Shown here one piece after another: positions 10,334 through 20,677 of a DNA stretch of 64,000 nucleotides. This DNA comes from Candidatus Babeliales bacterium. GTDB lineage: Bacteria > Babelota > Babeliae > Babelales > JACPOV01. Below the pieces are notes generated by a model, which was not told where the DNA came from, searched no databases, and saw nothing but the letters and a program-made list of their open reading frames with translations. Numbering within the stretch: position 1 is the stretch's first letter; every line of letters starts with the position of its first letter. Made by a program: the position numbers and the translations under genes. The stretch lies in assembly GCA_049692255.1 (NCBI GenBank), contig JBAVOR010000016.1, positions 7,006 through 71,005 of the forward strand, read 5' to 3'.

Positions 10334-11092
10334 ATGAGATTTATGAGGTTGTGGTGTATTGTGAGTTGCTTTGTGATGCAAATCCATGCATTGACCGATG
10401 AAATGCGTACTAAAGGGTTTGTATATTTACATGAAGTTGATCCGTCGACTCAAACGTCGGTGCGGTATGCTACCAATGAGAATTTTGTCGGAAATCCGGT
10501 TAATGGATATAACAAACCGTACGTAATTCTTACCCGTCAGACAGCGCAAGCACTTAAAAAAGCACAAGAAGCATTACAACTTCTTGGGTATGAATTGGTT
10601 GTGTACGATGGTGGACGGCCGCAGCGATCGGTTGATCATTTTGTTCGCTGGAGTGAAGAGCGGACTATGCCATTAACAGAAAATAAATATCTACCACGGG
10701 TCCCTAAAAATCGTGTTTTCGAATTGGGGTATGTAGACAAAAAATCGGGTCATAGTCGTGGTAGTACCGTTGATTTGACGATCATTAAAAAGGGTGCAAT
10801 CGTACACGAAGTGCAGCCCATTGAACGTCAGTTGACTGATGGTGCTACGATTACTTACTTAGATGATGGTACCGTAGATATGGGATCTTCATTTGATCTG
10901 TTTGATGAAGCATCTCATACAGAAAGCACATTAGTATTACCAGAACATCAAGCAATGCGTTCATTCTTAAAAAAGATTATGGAACAGCATGGCTTTAAAA
11001 ATTATCGGTATGAATGGTGGCATTTTACGTTAGTGAATGAACCATTCCCAGCCGATCAAGAAAGCAGCTATTTCGATTATGTAATCGAGTAG
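10334..11092 (+). CDS. ddpX: VanX-like D-alanyl-D-alanine dipeptidase (M15 family), secreted
   Basis: 'SGHSRGSTVDLT' zinc-ligand motif typical of VanX/DdpX. Signal peptide 'MRLWCIVSCFVMQIHA'. Overlaps the nrdB stop. Confidence 0.6.
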   Translation: MRFMRLWCIVSCFVMQIHALTDEMRTKGFVYLHEVDPSTQTSVRYATNENFVGNPVNGYNKPYVILTRQTAQALKKAQEALQLLGYELVVYDGGRPQRSVDHFVRWSEERTMPLTENKYLPRVPKNRVFELGYVDKKSGHSRGSTVDLTIIKKGAIVHEVQPIERQLTDGATITYLDDGTVDMGSSFDLFDEASHTESTLVLPEHQAMRSFLKKIMEQHGFKNYRYEWWHFTLVNEPFPADQESSYFDYVIE

Positions 11093-11110
11093 GTACGCTT
11101 TTCGGAAATT

Positions 11111-11148
11111 AAAAAAAGCCCTTCGTGTAAAAACACGGGGGCTTTTTT
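11111..11148 (+). terminator. Rho-independent terminator between convergent genes
   Basis: A-run, then hairpin agcccttcgtg/cacgggggct, then T6. Confidence 0.6.
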
Positions 11149-11153
11149 AATGC

Positions 11154-11945
11154 TTAAAAATCTAACTTTTTCTTAAATAAACGAATGCTCACAAAAGTCA
11201 TAATAAGCGTAAGCACTGTTAATACAGTGCAGCAAAGCCAGAAGTTCAAAAACCCTTCCTGACCCAAGATTGCGGCACGCATGCCTTCCATAATATAGAC
11301 CACCGGATTGCATACATTGAGCATTGCAATCAATGGGAATTTTTCGTGTAAAATGGTCCATGAAAACTGAAAGCAACCGAGTTGCCAGAGGGGAAATACG
11401 AAACGCATCCAAGCAGTGCCGATCCGTTCGATGTTGCGCACGCGGGTTGCAACAAATAAAGTAAATGCACCGTAAAAAATATTGGTGATACAAAAAATAA
11501 GTAAAAATTTGGGTAGATGAAAATGAGAAAGGTCAACACGCGCGCCCAGCAGTAGTTTGCACACGGGTAAAACAAAGCTACTCAGCATTCCCGCGTTCAG
11601 AGCATAAAAAACGATGGAACGAACAAATACAAGAATCGGTGGCATGGGGAGTGACAAGTAGAAGCCTGTAATGTTGACCCCATCCAAATCGTTCACTAAC
11701 TTTACCACATTGCCAAATAGTTCAAAAATACCCATGCTGGCTACTAGTCCTGCAACATAGAAATTTACATAGCCGCTGCTTAATCCAAATGCGGGAAGCA
11801 GATACGCAGCAATGCCAGACATAACGCAAATCCAAATGAGCATATCGATGAAGCGATCAAAAATTGTTTGACGCAATACCGTCAGGTCAGTACGCAATAG
11901 ATACCAAAAAATATGTGCATAGCGTTTTGCGCGTGTTATATTCAT
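11154..11945 (-). CDS. ABC-2 type transporter permease
   Basis: 263 aa, six predicted TM segments. Overlaps the upstream ATPase gene by 4 nt. Confidence 0.7.
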   Translation of the reverse strand: MNITRAKRYAHIFWYLLRTDLTVLRQTIFDRFIDMLIWICVMSGIAAYLLPAFGLSSGYVNFYVAGLVASMGIFELFGNVVKLVNDLDGVNITGFYLSLPMPPILVFVRSIVFYALNAGMLSSFVLPVCKLLLGARVDLSHFHLPKFLLIFCITNIFYGAFTLFVATRVRNIERIGTAWMRFVFPLWQLGCFQFSWTILHEKFPLIAMLNVCNPVVYIMEGMRAAILGQEGFLNFWLCCTVLTVLTLIMTFVSIRLFKKKLDF

Positions 11946-12682
11946 TTTTTTCCTTCAAATTCACGCGTCAGGTGTAAAAAAACTTCTTCCAATTTACCTT
12001 TTTGAAAGTTTTTTATTAAATTCTGTGGAGTATCAATCATCTTTATTTCTCCCTGATGCAGCACGCAAACACGGTCAGATAATATTTCTGCTTCGTCAAG
12101 ATAATGGGTCGTTAAAAGAACGGTAACCCCATCAGCCCGGATATCTTTAATATATTGCCACAAGAGATGGCGTACGTCTGGGTCAAGAGCAACCGTTGGT
12201 TCATCAAGAATAATAAATTGTGGCGCATGCATGAGGGTGCGTGCAATCATATACCGTTGCTTCCAACCCCCAGATAAACTATCGGGTGATTGATACAAAA
12301 ACTGTCCTATGCCCAAACGGCTATCCAGGTAATCGATGCGTGTTGCAATTGCTGCACTGTCCATGCCGTAGTAACGGCCCGCATTCACCATATTTTCTTT
12401 GTTAGTTAATAACGGATTCAGATTATTTTTTTGTGCACAGTATCCAATATGCATGCGATAGGCGGGAATATCATGGAATATAGATGCGCCATTAAAAAGA
12501 ATGTCTCCGGCTGATGGCGGATGAATGGTGGCAATCACCGATGAAAGGGTTGTTTTACCGGCTCCATTAACGCCGAGCAAGCTAACGATCTCTCCTGCAA
12601 AGAGATCAAGATTCACTTTTTTAAGCGCTAAAAGTTGACCGTACTTTTTTTCTAAGGAACGTACTTGAATGAGTTTGTTCAT
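11942..12682 (-). CDS. ABC transporter ATP-binding protein
   Basis: Walker A 'GVNGAGKTT', ABC signature 'LSGGWKQR', Walker B 'ILDEP'. Confidence 0.85.
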   Translation of the reverse strand: MNKLIQVRSLEKKYGQLLALKKVNLDLFAGEIVSLLGVNGAGKTTLSSVIATIHPPSAGDILFNGASIFHDIPAYRMHIGYCAQKNNLNPLLTNKENMVNAGRYYGMDSAAIATRIDYLDSRLGIGQFLYQSPDSLSGGWKQRYMIARTLMHAPQFIILDEPTVALDPDVRHLLWQYIKDIRADGVTVLLTTHYLDEAEILSDRVCVLHQGEIKMIDTPQNLIKNFQKGKLEEVFLHLTREFEGKK

Positions 12683-12765
12683 GGATTTTTTTTTAAAAAT
12701 ATTTCTCTACTACCCAAGCATACGAATTTTCATTCATTTGCGCAATTAAGATCAGCATCTATGGG

Positions 12766-14304
12766 TTATGCAACAACGCTATTATTAATTGCCTTGAGTT
12801 GTTCATTGTATATGTGGTTGAGCTGGACAATAAACTGGTTTCCTTCGTCTTTTGGTATTGTATTACTATGGCGTTTAATGTATAGTTCTATAGTTTTAAA
12901 AAGTTCCTTGAGTTTTTGCTCATTCTTTATTTCTACCGCATCAAGAGCAAACGAATCAAGCGCGCCATTAATGCTATCTTTATTATCTGTATACTCTTGG
13001 TCATACGTTTCGAATGATTTTCGCTTGTTCGTATGATTACATAATTCAGGAATAATAAAATTGAGTGGTTTCGATTGTGTAGCTATAGCATTACAGTTGT
13101 TTATAAACTCTTCTGTTTTTGTTTGATCGATATCAAAATGAAGAACATTAATGTCATTATTGCTCGAATTCGTCCAGTTATTTGAACCAAATCCGAGCAC
13201 ATGATGACTATTATTTTTTGTTATTCGCGCAAACCCTTTAATATGATTCGATTGCGCAAATTTTCCTGTTTTATGCGCTTCATCATAATTAAATACTGAG
13301 ACAGGAACCCCTTTTTTATACAGTGCTACTAAAAACTCTTGTGTCGGTTGTTTTTTTAAGGCGTCCTTGTCTACCGTAACTAATTTGAGTATTTTCTTGT
13401 TTGCCAATTGAAGCGCTGCCTCTTTCGTATCGCGATCATCCCAACTGTACATATTAATGTAACAAGAGTCCCCTTCTTGGCAGTTTTTTATAATAGTAGC
13501 AATCGATTTGTTTAAGTTATAGTTCAGCGAAGAAATAATGGTCTTTCCAGGAGGAGTGTGTTGAAGAACGGTGTTTTTGGTGCCATATTGAATAATAGTT
13601 TCTTGTTTTACGTTTGCATGTATGTCAGAAACCGCTTCAAACAAGTTTTTAACAAATTCATATGTTGCTTGCTCTACTGCATATTCGGCCATTTCGCGAT
13701 TGGCCATGTTGGTTATATTTTGTGATCCACTATACGCACGATATTGTCGTTTTTGATTAGCATCGACATAACTCCACGCCATTGTTTTGGTGTGTAATTT
13801 TTGCGCATATCCATTATTTTTTAGTAACTGTTGTTCATTATAAAATTGTATAGGTACAGCTGTACAATCGAGTTTTGCGTAGCGCATTGCAGTCAATACA
13901 GCATTTTTTTGTGATGCGCAACAGAAGAGATTGATGTTGACTCCTTCTGTATGTTTTTTAGCGAGTGTTGTAAGGAATTCAGTGTTGGTAATCAGAAAAT
14001 ATAACCCATAAAAATTGTCCCCCTTTTTCATTTTTTCAATAGATTGTGCAGCAAGAATTAATGCTCGATTGTTATCTTGTGCTGGATAAGAGATAGTAGC
14101 TATCCGTGGCGTGATTTGCCAGTCATAAGGGGGTAGAGTAACGGCTGCGGCCTGGTTTTTTTCAAGCTCTGCCTCTTGTGCTTCGAATGCACAGAACTGA
14201 TCTGTTATTTGAGATTCCATAGAGTAACTGTGACTATGCACGATAATAGTAAGAAATGCTACGATATGCCCTCTATGCACTAAAGTGCGATCCCTAAAAT
14301 ACAT
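12766..14304 (-). CDS. Hypothetical protein with weak, degenerate PLD/HKD-like 'HxK...GSxN' motifs
   Basis: 512 aa ORF. Two 'H-x-K ... G-S-x-N' stretches ('HTK...GSQN' and 'HIK...GSNN') with non-canonical spacing. True start may be the internal Met at ~14220. Confidence 0.45.
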   Translation of the reverse strand: MYFRDRTLVHRGHIVAFLTIIVHSHSYSMESQITDQFCAFEAQEAELEKNQAAAVTLPPYDWQITPRIATISYPAQDNNRALILAAQSIEKMKKGDNFYGLYFLITNTEFLTTLAKKHTEGVNINLFCCASQKNAVLTAMRYAKLDCTAVPIQFYNEQQLLKNNGYAQKLHTKTMAWSYVDANQKRQYRAYSGSQNITNMANREMAEYAVEQATYEFVKNLFEAVSDIHANVKQETIIQYGTKNTVLQHTPPGKTIISSLNYNLNKSIATIIKNCQEGDSCYINMYSWDDRDTKEAALQLANKKILKLVTVDKDALKKQPTQEFLVALYKKGVPVSVFNYDEAHKTGKFAQSNHIKGFARITKNNSHHVLGFGSNNWTNSSNNDINVLHFDIDQTKTEEFINNCNAIATQSKPLNFIIPELCNHTNKRKSFETYDQEYTDNKDSINGALDSFALDAVEIKNEQKLKELFKTIELYIKRHSNTIPKDEGNQFIVQLNHIYNEQLKAINNSVVA

Positions 14305-14418
14305 ATGCTATGTTCCCCTATAAGAGCGAATTATTGATACTATAAATACATATAAAGTATCTTAATAATGCCACATATAATGCCATTTGCCAATTGATTT
14401 GTGGCGACTTTGCAGCGC

Positions 14419-15312
14419 TTACCGCTTGAGTATGATTTTGCGTACCGATAGACCGGTGTCATCATCTTGATTGAGATACGCTATAATAGTGGCTAAATGG
14501 GTCAAAAAAGGGTCGAACAAAAATTCGATATGAGACAGGCCGCGCCAACCAATTTGCACAGAGGCTTGCATAAGACGTTGACCACCATCAAATACCCGTT
14601 CAGAAAATAACGGTACTTTTTTGCTGTCCTTTTGTACGCGCATGTGCGCATACATACCTTGTGGGTCCATAACTTGCATTGAATCTATGCGCGAGAATAG
14701 AGAAATTACCTTTTTAAAGCACGGGGCATGTACCAGATTTTTTGTTTCTTCTTGCACGGGGCACGCCAGCAAAATCAGCTCATCAATAACAAAGTCACTG
14801 TCTTTGTTGCAATACAATGCCATATTCAACGCAACGTTACCTCCATGGCTGTGTGTGATAATACGCACGTAGGGCGCAACAGCATATTTTTGTTGTGTAG
14901 CACGCACGAGTTGGGCTATCTGTTCATACAATACCAGCGCTTCTTTTTTGCGTGTCTGAAAATCAAGTTTTCCCGACCAGCCAAATAGATAAAAATGCTC
15001 TGCAGGGAACAAGGCGGGGCATGCTTTGCTGAGTGTGTTAGCAATGGTACGGTGGTGGTATTTAGGGTCAAGGTCTTGTGCGTGTGAGATGCCAGGCGGG
15101 CTAAAAGAAAAACGGGTCATTATTTTACTAAAAAAAATCTTACTGCCATGCACCCAGATAGTGATGATAGGGCGTTTATGGGGCTTTGAAAACGCATGTG
15201 GTGGAAGCGGCGATTCAATAATAATTTTCTGTGTATCGTGTGGCTGTAATCGGGCATTATGCATAATACTGACTAACAGGACTATTGATAGGCGCATGCG
15301 TTTATAATTCAT
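14419..15312 (-). CDS. Secreted alpha/beta-hydrolase (putative lipase/esterase)
   Basis: Signal peptide. Nucleophile-elbow-like 'ITHSHGGN'. 297 aa. Confidence 0.5.
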   Translation of the reverse strand: MNYKRMRLSIVLLVSIMHNARLQPHDTQKIIIESPLPPHAFSKPHKRPIITIWVHGSKIFFSKIMTRFSFSPPGISHAQDLDPKYHHRTIANTLSKACPALFPAEHFYLFGWSGKLDFQTRKKEALVLYEQIAQLVRATQQKYAVAPYVRIITHSHGGNVALNMALYCNKDSDFVIDELILLACPVQEETKNLVHAPCFKKVISLFSRIDSMQVMDPQGMYAHMRVQKDSKKVPLFSERVFDGGQRLMQASVQIGWRGLSHIEFLFDPFLTHLATIIAYLNQDDDTGLSVRKIILKR

Positions 15313-15358
15313 ATTTTTTTAACCCTTTCGTCTATTCATAATACCAGAGAGTGCATTT

Positions 15359-16672
15359 TTATGAAATAGTGGTGGCCAGTGCGCTGAGTTTTTGGGTTAG
15401 CTGGGTAAGAGATTCGGTAAGCACGTTTGTTGAAGAACGGGGATTGCGGATCGGTTTCTCTGGCAACAGGGCCTCCTGACGCTTATAGATAAAGAAATAG
15501 CCGGTGGGACCGGTTGGCGAGCCGTTAATTTCAGTAATTGCATCAGCAGAAAGTTCTGTGCCTACACGGGTAATGGTGCTATCATCACACCGGTACCAAA
15601 CCTGTTCTTTTTTAACATAGGCCCAGTAATGACCCCCAGACAGACCGCCTCCTTGGACCACCACGCTACTTAATGCATAGTGTGATGCTGCTTTACTACT
15701 CGTTGATGCTAATGCAGGATGCAGGGGGCGGACCCACGGTGACACATCAAGCTCCAAAGGAATAGCGATGGCGTGATTCACTTTTTGACGGGCAAGAGCG
15801 GTATAGGTGTAACGGTTCACATTAATACAAAGATAGGGAGGTGTGGTTAAAAAAAATAATTGTTTGATACAATCAGTGCGCACGTGGCCGCTGTTATCTT
15901 TGTATGCATCGAGTAGTTCCGGTTTGAAATATACTGCTAAGCACGAAGCAAGATCGGTGAGCGGTGTTTGTTGCGCGTCCAAAGCGGGCACGGTAAGAAC
16001 GCCAGGGCCATTTTCTGCCGTATCAGTTTCTAGCAATGGGGTGGTTGGTGCCTCATGAGCAGGGCAAGAAATGCGCGATACATAGATATTATGAAACAAC
16101 TGTTTAATACGCGTCTGTTGTATTTTCTGTTGCAGCAATACTGATTGGGGATTTTGTTTTAACTGTTCTTGCAATTGAGCAAGCGCACTATTGAGTACCA
16201 CTGCTTCTTTGTCGGTTATCGCGTGGCTAGTGCAACTATCTAAAAAACGGATAATAAATTCTCCCGCATCTTGTTGCGAACATACTTGGGCCTCAAAGAA
16301 TTCATTGTATGCACTGTCGCCTAACTTTTTGAGAGGGCCTTGCGTACAAGAAAATGTATGGGTGCCATCCAGATACTGTTGCACCAGTTGCGTAAAATAA
16401 TGTGCAGTAGGGTTAGTTGCCAGAGGAAACAGGGTTGATGCATTAGATCCGTACAAAATAGAAGTGAACGCCGGAATGTTGAGAAGTGCTTGCACTGATG
16501 CATTTAAAAAGCAGGTGTTGCCGCAGTTAAGCAAAGCGGGTGGTGTTGCGTTGTTGTGCGCGTTCATTAACAAGAATATGGTACTAATAATACGCAACAC
16601 CTGCGATACGTTATTATTTCTCATGCAGTACCCTGTCAGGCGCATGCATGTTTCTATTTTTATGCCAGGCAT
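15359..16672 (-). CDS. Eukaryote-like ubiquitin-specific protease (USP/UCH, peptidase C19) deubiquitinase
   Basis: Cys box 'LLNCGNTCFLNASVQALL'. His box 'GGHYWAYVKKE'. Asp box 'WYRCDDSTITRV'. Confidence 0.8.
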   Translation of the reverse strand: MPGIKIETCMRLTGYCMRNNNVSQVLRIISTIFLLMNAHNNATPPALLNCGNTCFLNASVQALLNIPAFTSILYGSNASTLFPLATNPTAHYFTQLVQQYLDGTHTFSCTQGPLKKLGDSAYNEFFEAQVCSQQDAGEFIIRFLDSCTSHAITDKEAVVLNSALAQLQEQLKQNPQSVLLQQKIQQTRIKQLFHNIYVSRISCPAHEAPTTPLLETDTAENGPGVLTVPALDAQQTPLTDLASCLAVYFKPELLDAYKDNSGHVRTDCIKQLFFLTTPPYLCINVNRYTYTALARQKVNHAIAIPLELDVSPWVRPLHPALASTSSKAASHYALSSVVVQGGGLSGGHYWAYVKKEQVWYRCDDSTITRVGTELSADAITEINGSPTGPTGYFFIYKRQEALLPEKPIRNPRSSTNVLTESLTQLTQKLSALATTIS

Positions 16673-16821
16673 GCTCGAACGGTTCTATGCATAATAGCAC
16701 AAACAGGATGCACCATTTTACTGCTGCAGGCATACCAACTCCCGAGCGGCGAGTATCAAAAAAGTATGCATGCATTTAATAGGCCGTTTGCCAGAACTTG
16801 ATGGTGATGCTGGTGCCTGCT

Positions 16822-18207
16822 TCATTTACTTCCCTTTTTTTCGATTGTTTCAATGTGAGTATTGAGTTCTTCAATAAGCTCTTTAGCGTGTTGTTTAGCA
16901 GTGCTATCGTTGAACTCCTGATCTGTTTGGTATGGGCTCTTTGTAATAACTTGTTCAAGTTCTCGTTTATAATTCTTATATGGTGATAGTTTATTCGCAG
17001 AAAGCATTTCAGCACGATCCAATATGTTCATATGATAACGATAAAAATCTATTTCTCTTAAGTTGACTGTATGTTGTAGCATAGTAATATGTTTTTTTAA
17101 TGCTTCTACTTTTGCAATTAATGCTTTTTTTGCTTCAGCAGTGTCAGGGATTTTTTTAAGAATATCTTCATATTTTTTTATGAGGTCTGTTTGTTCCTGA
17201 ATAAGCTTTTGATAATCCCTTGTTAGATTATACCAAGCGTCGCTAGTCCTTTCATTTAACGAAGGGTTGTTGTAAAAATCTATGCTCTCGCGTTGCTTAG
17301 CATTGACGTCTTCTGTAGGATTTTTGCTGTCTAAATATGCAAGTAATGAAAATTCATCAGACCCGCGAGAACCATGCCTCCAATTTTTACCCTGTAAGGA
17401 CTCTGCTAGTTGGTATTTGCTTTCGAGAGCTTTTTTGAGCTCGCCATCTACAGATCCCTGAAATTCTGCAATGGTTTGTTGCCAGCTTGTAATTCTTTCA
17501 CTCGGCTTTTTTCCACTTCCTGTCCAGTTTTGTTCTCTCTGTTCGGCTAAGTGCTTGCTATTGAGCGAATAGCTTGAATTGTTCCAAATCGTATTATCCT
17601 GTTCCAATTGTTCAGAAAGTTGTTGTAATGCAGCTGTTTTTTCGGTTGGGTTTTGTATAGTTTCTATTCTGGCTAATTCAGTATTAATTGGTTTAATGAA
17701 ATTGTCTCCAAAATAGCTTGCCTCTGATTCTGTATTTTTTTCACTCCATTCAAATAACGTATCCAATGCTGTATCGATCTCTTGTTTAAGTTCTTCTTCA
17801 GGTGTGAGTTGCTTTTTTTGCGAAGTTTGGATAAATGTACTCGTTGATTCTCGTGTAAAACCACTTCGCTTTTGCAATTCTTTCTGCAATTCTTCTTTTG
17901 TTAGGCTTTTTTTTGTCGATTTTAACGTACTCGTTTCTTCTTCTAGTGTAGGCAACTCAACTGCTTCCCCTGGCCTCAATGCAATTCCGCCTTCAGGAAG
18001 CGGCTTGCCTTGATACCACCAATCTCTAATTCCTTGCTTGATTCTTTGTCCTAGTGAGTCTTTTTTAATTTCTTCTACATTAGCAACGCTTGATTTGATT
18101 TTTAGCTCTCCTGCCCACAGATTTGGTAGATGGTACATGGTAATAAGAACGATAAGTATACGAATCACGCGCACTCCTTTTTTTGATTTTTTACGTACAA
18201 CGTACAA
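16822..18207 (-). CDS. Secreted coiled-coil protein, hypothetical
   Basis: Signal/TM anchor 'VIRILIVLITMYHLPNLWAGE'. Long E/K/Q-rich heptad-like stretches. 461 aa. Confidence 0.5.
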   Translation of the reverse strand: MYVVRKKSKKGVRVIRILIVLITMYHLPNLWAGELKIKSSVANVEEIKKDSLGQRIKQGIRDWWYQGKPLPEGGIALRPGEAVELPTLEEETSTLKSTKKSLTKEELQKELQKRSGFTRESTSTFIQTSQKKQLTPEEELKQEIDTALDTLFEWSEKNTESEASYFGDNFIKPINTELARIETIQNPTEKTAALQQLSEQLEQDNTIWNNSSYSLNSKHLAEQREQNWTGSGKKPSERITSWQQTIAEFQGSVDGELKKALESKYQLAESLQGKNWRHGSRGSDEFSLLAYLDSKNPTEDVNAKQRESIDFYNNPSLNERTSDAWYNLTRDYQKLIQEQTDLIKKYEDILKKIPDTAEAKKALIAKVEALKKHITMLQHTVNLREIDFYRYHMNILDRAEMLSANKLSPYKNYKRELEQVITKSPYQTDQEFNDSTAKQHAKELIEELNTHIETIEKKGSK

Positions 18208-18352
18208 TCAATGTAGCGCATGGGCAGCACGCAGAGTCAATGCTTTGTGTAAAAAAGATGATCAATGCGGTAAATTATGTTACAATGCGTAATCAATGTA
18301 ATTTTAAAATCATGTGCGTGTTAATGCTACACGCAATCAAGGGGTGATTTAT

Positions 18353-19297
18353 ATGAAAAAGATAATGCTATTAACGCTGTTTTTTGTGTCTGCTGTGTCA
18401 GTGAGGGCAAGTGAGAGCAGACATGAGCACGGGAGCGTTTCTCCATTTAATAACGCAGAGTCCCTTGATGGTAACATAGATATTAATAGTCCAGAATATC
18501 TACGCGCTCAGCTCGAAAAAGCGAATGCTGAAAAAAAGGCATATCTGACTTTCATTCAAAAATCAATTAAAAACACTGCAGCTGTTATGACTATAGGTGA
18601 TATGATGCAAAGAGGTTTTAGCGGTGGCGTAACCTCGGGTATTGCGCAGATAACGAGCAACGTTATTGTGGGAAGTATTACCAGCGGAGCCTTGATGATT
18701 CCTATGTTAGCCTATGATAAATATATTGAACAGAAAATAAAAGCGAGTGGAAAGTATGCGCAAACAGTTGCTGAAGTTAATGCACAAACTGCCGCGGAGG
18801 CGCGCGCGCAACTTTTTGGCGGTGTTACCGTAATGAATAAAAAGATGGTCCAAGTCCCTGGGGTGTTTCAAGAATTTAGCGAATCAATTAAATATGCTAT
18901 TGACCCTAAAGACCCAGAGTTGAAAACTTTTTTACGCAAAACGCACGGTGAACTGCTTACGCAAACACTCGCCACGTTTACTGAATTCTCTGAAGAAGAG
19001 CATGAAAAGAATATGGCAACTGCTACAGAGCTGGCTACTTTGTTGGCGCATGTTAAGCAGGCGGCTGAAGAAAAAACAAAATTAACCGAAGAACAGCAAA
19101 AAATAGTGCAAGAATCGATCAATACAGATCTCAAGCGCGCCCACTATCTGCTGCTTTTACTGCAGCACGGGGCGCGGTACGACCAACCAGGATACACGCA
19201 AGACGGGCGTATGGTAGAAGATTTTGGCATTGCGCTAGCTGCAGGGACTGTTATTACGGGCATTGCTACAGCAGGCTATACGTTACTTGGGAAATAA
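18353..19297 (+). CDS. Secreted hypothetical protein
   Basis: Start at 'MKKIMLLTLFFVSAVSVRA' signal peptide. AGGGG Shine-Dalgarno upstream. 315 aa. Confidence 0.5.
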   Translation: MKKIMLLTLFFVSAVSVRASESRHEHGSVSPFNNAESLDGNIDINSPEYLRAQLEKANAEKKAYLTFIQKSIKNTAAVMTIGDMMQRGFSGGVTSGIAQITSNVIVGSITSGALMIPMLAYDKYIEQKIKASGKYAQTVAEVNAQTAAEARAQLFGGVTVMNKKMVQVPGVFQEFSESIKYAIDPKDPELKTFLRKTHGELLTQTLATFTEFSEEEHEKNMATATELATLLAHVKQAAEEKTKLTEEQQKIVQESINTDLKRAHYLLLLLQHGARYDQPGYTQDGRMVEDFGIALAAGTVITGIATAGYTLLGK

Positions 19298-19415
19298 TAT
19301 AAAATCGCGCCAATACGTATTCTGTAATAAGCGCTTTTTCTTATATCCTTCAATTCTGTTTCACGATTTCTGCAAAAGGGACAATGACGCGCACCAATCA
19401 TTTGCAATAGTTTTT

Positions 19416-20078
19416 TTAACGAGAAAATATCGCACTAAACAGCTGTGTTAAATCAAATTTAAATGCAACGCTCGTTGATTGTGCAGAAATTTGTATTTTT
19501 TGTGCGACATATTTTTCAGGAAAATGTGTTTCTACTAACGAGCGCATGAGCCGTACAATCTCTACTCCCTTTTCTTCAATGGTCGTATGCAGTGTGCCTG
19601 TGAGATAATTATGCCACAACTCATCAAAGTAGGGGTGCAACTCAACAGGTGTAGCAAGGCGATTCTCTGGCCAATGCGTAACAAATGTAAGCATCGTTTT
19701 TTTGTATAGATTATTTTCTAACATATGAGTGCCTCCGTAGTGGCCAACGCTCAGCCCAATAACAAAGGGAAACATAATAACCCCACCTGCATTCATTTCA
19801 AAAGTATCCATATCTATGCAGTCAGTGAGCAGCGCTGCAGTGTGAAGCATATGCCCGCTTGTCGCTGCTAAAAGGCCAGCGGTAACAGCAATACTCACTT
19901 TTTTAAGCTTAAATAGCGCACTGCTTTTTTCTTCATTAACACGAGTCATGAAAACGTGTTCCATGTACGCCCATTCATTTCCCTGGAAAAGTGCTGGTAT
20001 CGCTGCAATAGACGAAGCGGCAATGCATGCGCTAAAAATAAATGCTTTTTGCAATTTGAACACGAATAAAACTCCCAC
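19416..20078 (-). CDS. Hypothetical membrane protein
   Basis: 220 aa ORF with several hydrophobic segments. Confidence 0.4.
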   Translation of the reverse strand: MGVLFVFKLQKAFIFSACIAASSIAAIPALFQGNEWAYMEHVFMTRVNEEKSSALFKLKKVSIAVTAGLLAATSGHMLHTAALLTDCIDMDTFEMNAGGVIMFPFVIGLSVGHYGGTHMLENNLYKKTMLTFVTHWPENRLATPVELHPYFDELWHNYLTGTLHTTIEEKGVEIVRLMRSLVETHFPEKYVAQKIQISAQSTSVAFKFDLTQLFSAIFSR

Positions 20079-20099
20079 TAATGGAATACATACTATGAA

Positions 20100-20666
20100 T
20101 CATATATGTTCATAATAAGGAATAATAGCGCGCAAAGCAAGCAAGCAAGCGATGGCCCCGCAGGGAATGGGTTGGTGGTACAGCAGGTAATCGTACCAAG
20201 GAGTATACAGAAATAGGAGGTATAAAAATACAGGGATGCTTTTTGCGTTCGTTCGCGTCGAGGTGAGCGAACTATGTGTTCTGCTGAGCATCCAGCTCAG
20301 AGCACCAATGGCCGTCGTGTGTATCCATACGAGTATATGTAACTGGCCGAGCGGCATAGTCAATGGAAGTTGATAATACGTAGCGGTTGCCAGGTATAGT
20401 GTTGCGCTCATGCAATACCAACAGGTAATGTGCGTAAAGTAACGAGCGTGCGAGGGTATGGTGCGTAGGGTGCTGACTACGTGTATCAGTTGTAAGCTGT
20501 ACGTAGTGCACACTGCGCTATCAAAAAGAGCGACGCCTGATACCCCTACTATTGCACACCCAATAACACGGGCGATGAGCAAAGGGACGATAATGAGCGA
20601 TACTGCTAATAACGTGTGTATATGGTTCGATATAATTTTTCGTACACACTCAAAATCATGTACCAT
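20100..20666 (-). CDS. Hypothetical polytopic membrane protein
   Basis: 188 aa ORF, hydrophobic throughout. Confidence 0.35.
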   Translation of the reverse strand: MVHDFECVRKIISNHIHTLLAVSLIIVPLLIARVIGCAIVGVSGVALFDSAVCTTYSLQLIHVVSTLRTIPSHARYFTHITCWYCMSATLYLATATYYQLPLTMPLGQLHILVWIHTTAIGALSWMLSRTHSSLTSTRTNAKSIPVFLYLLFLYTPWYDYLLYHQPIPCGAIACLLALRAIIPYYEHI

Positions 20667-20677
20667 GAGCGCCTATG

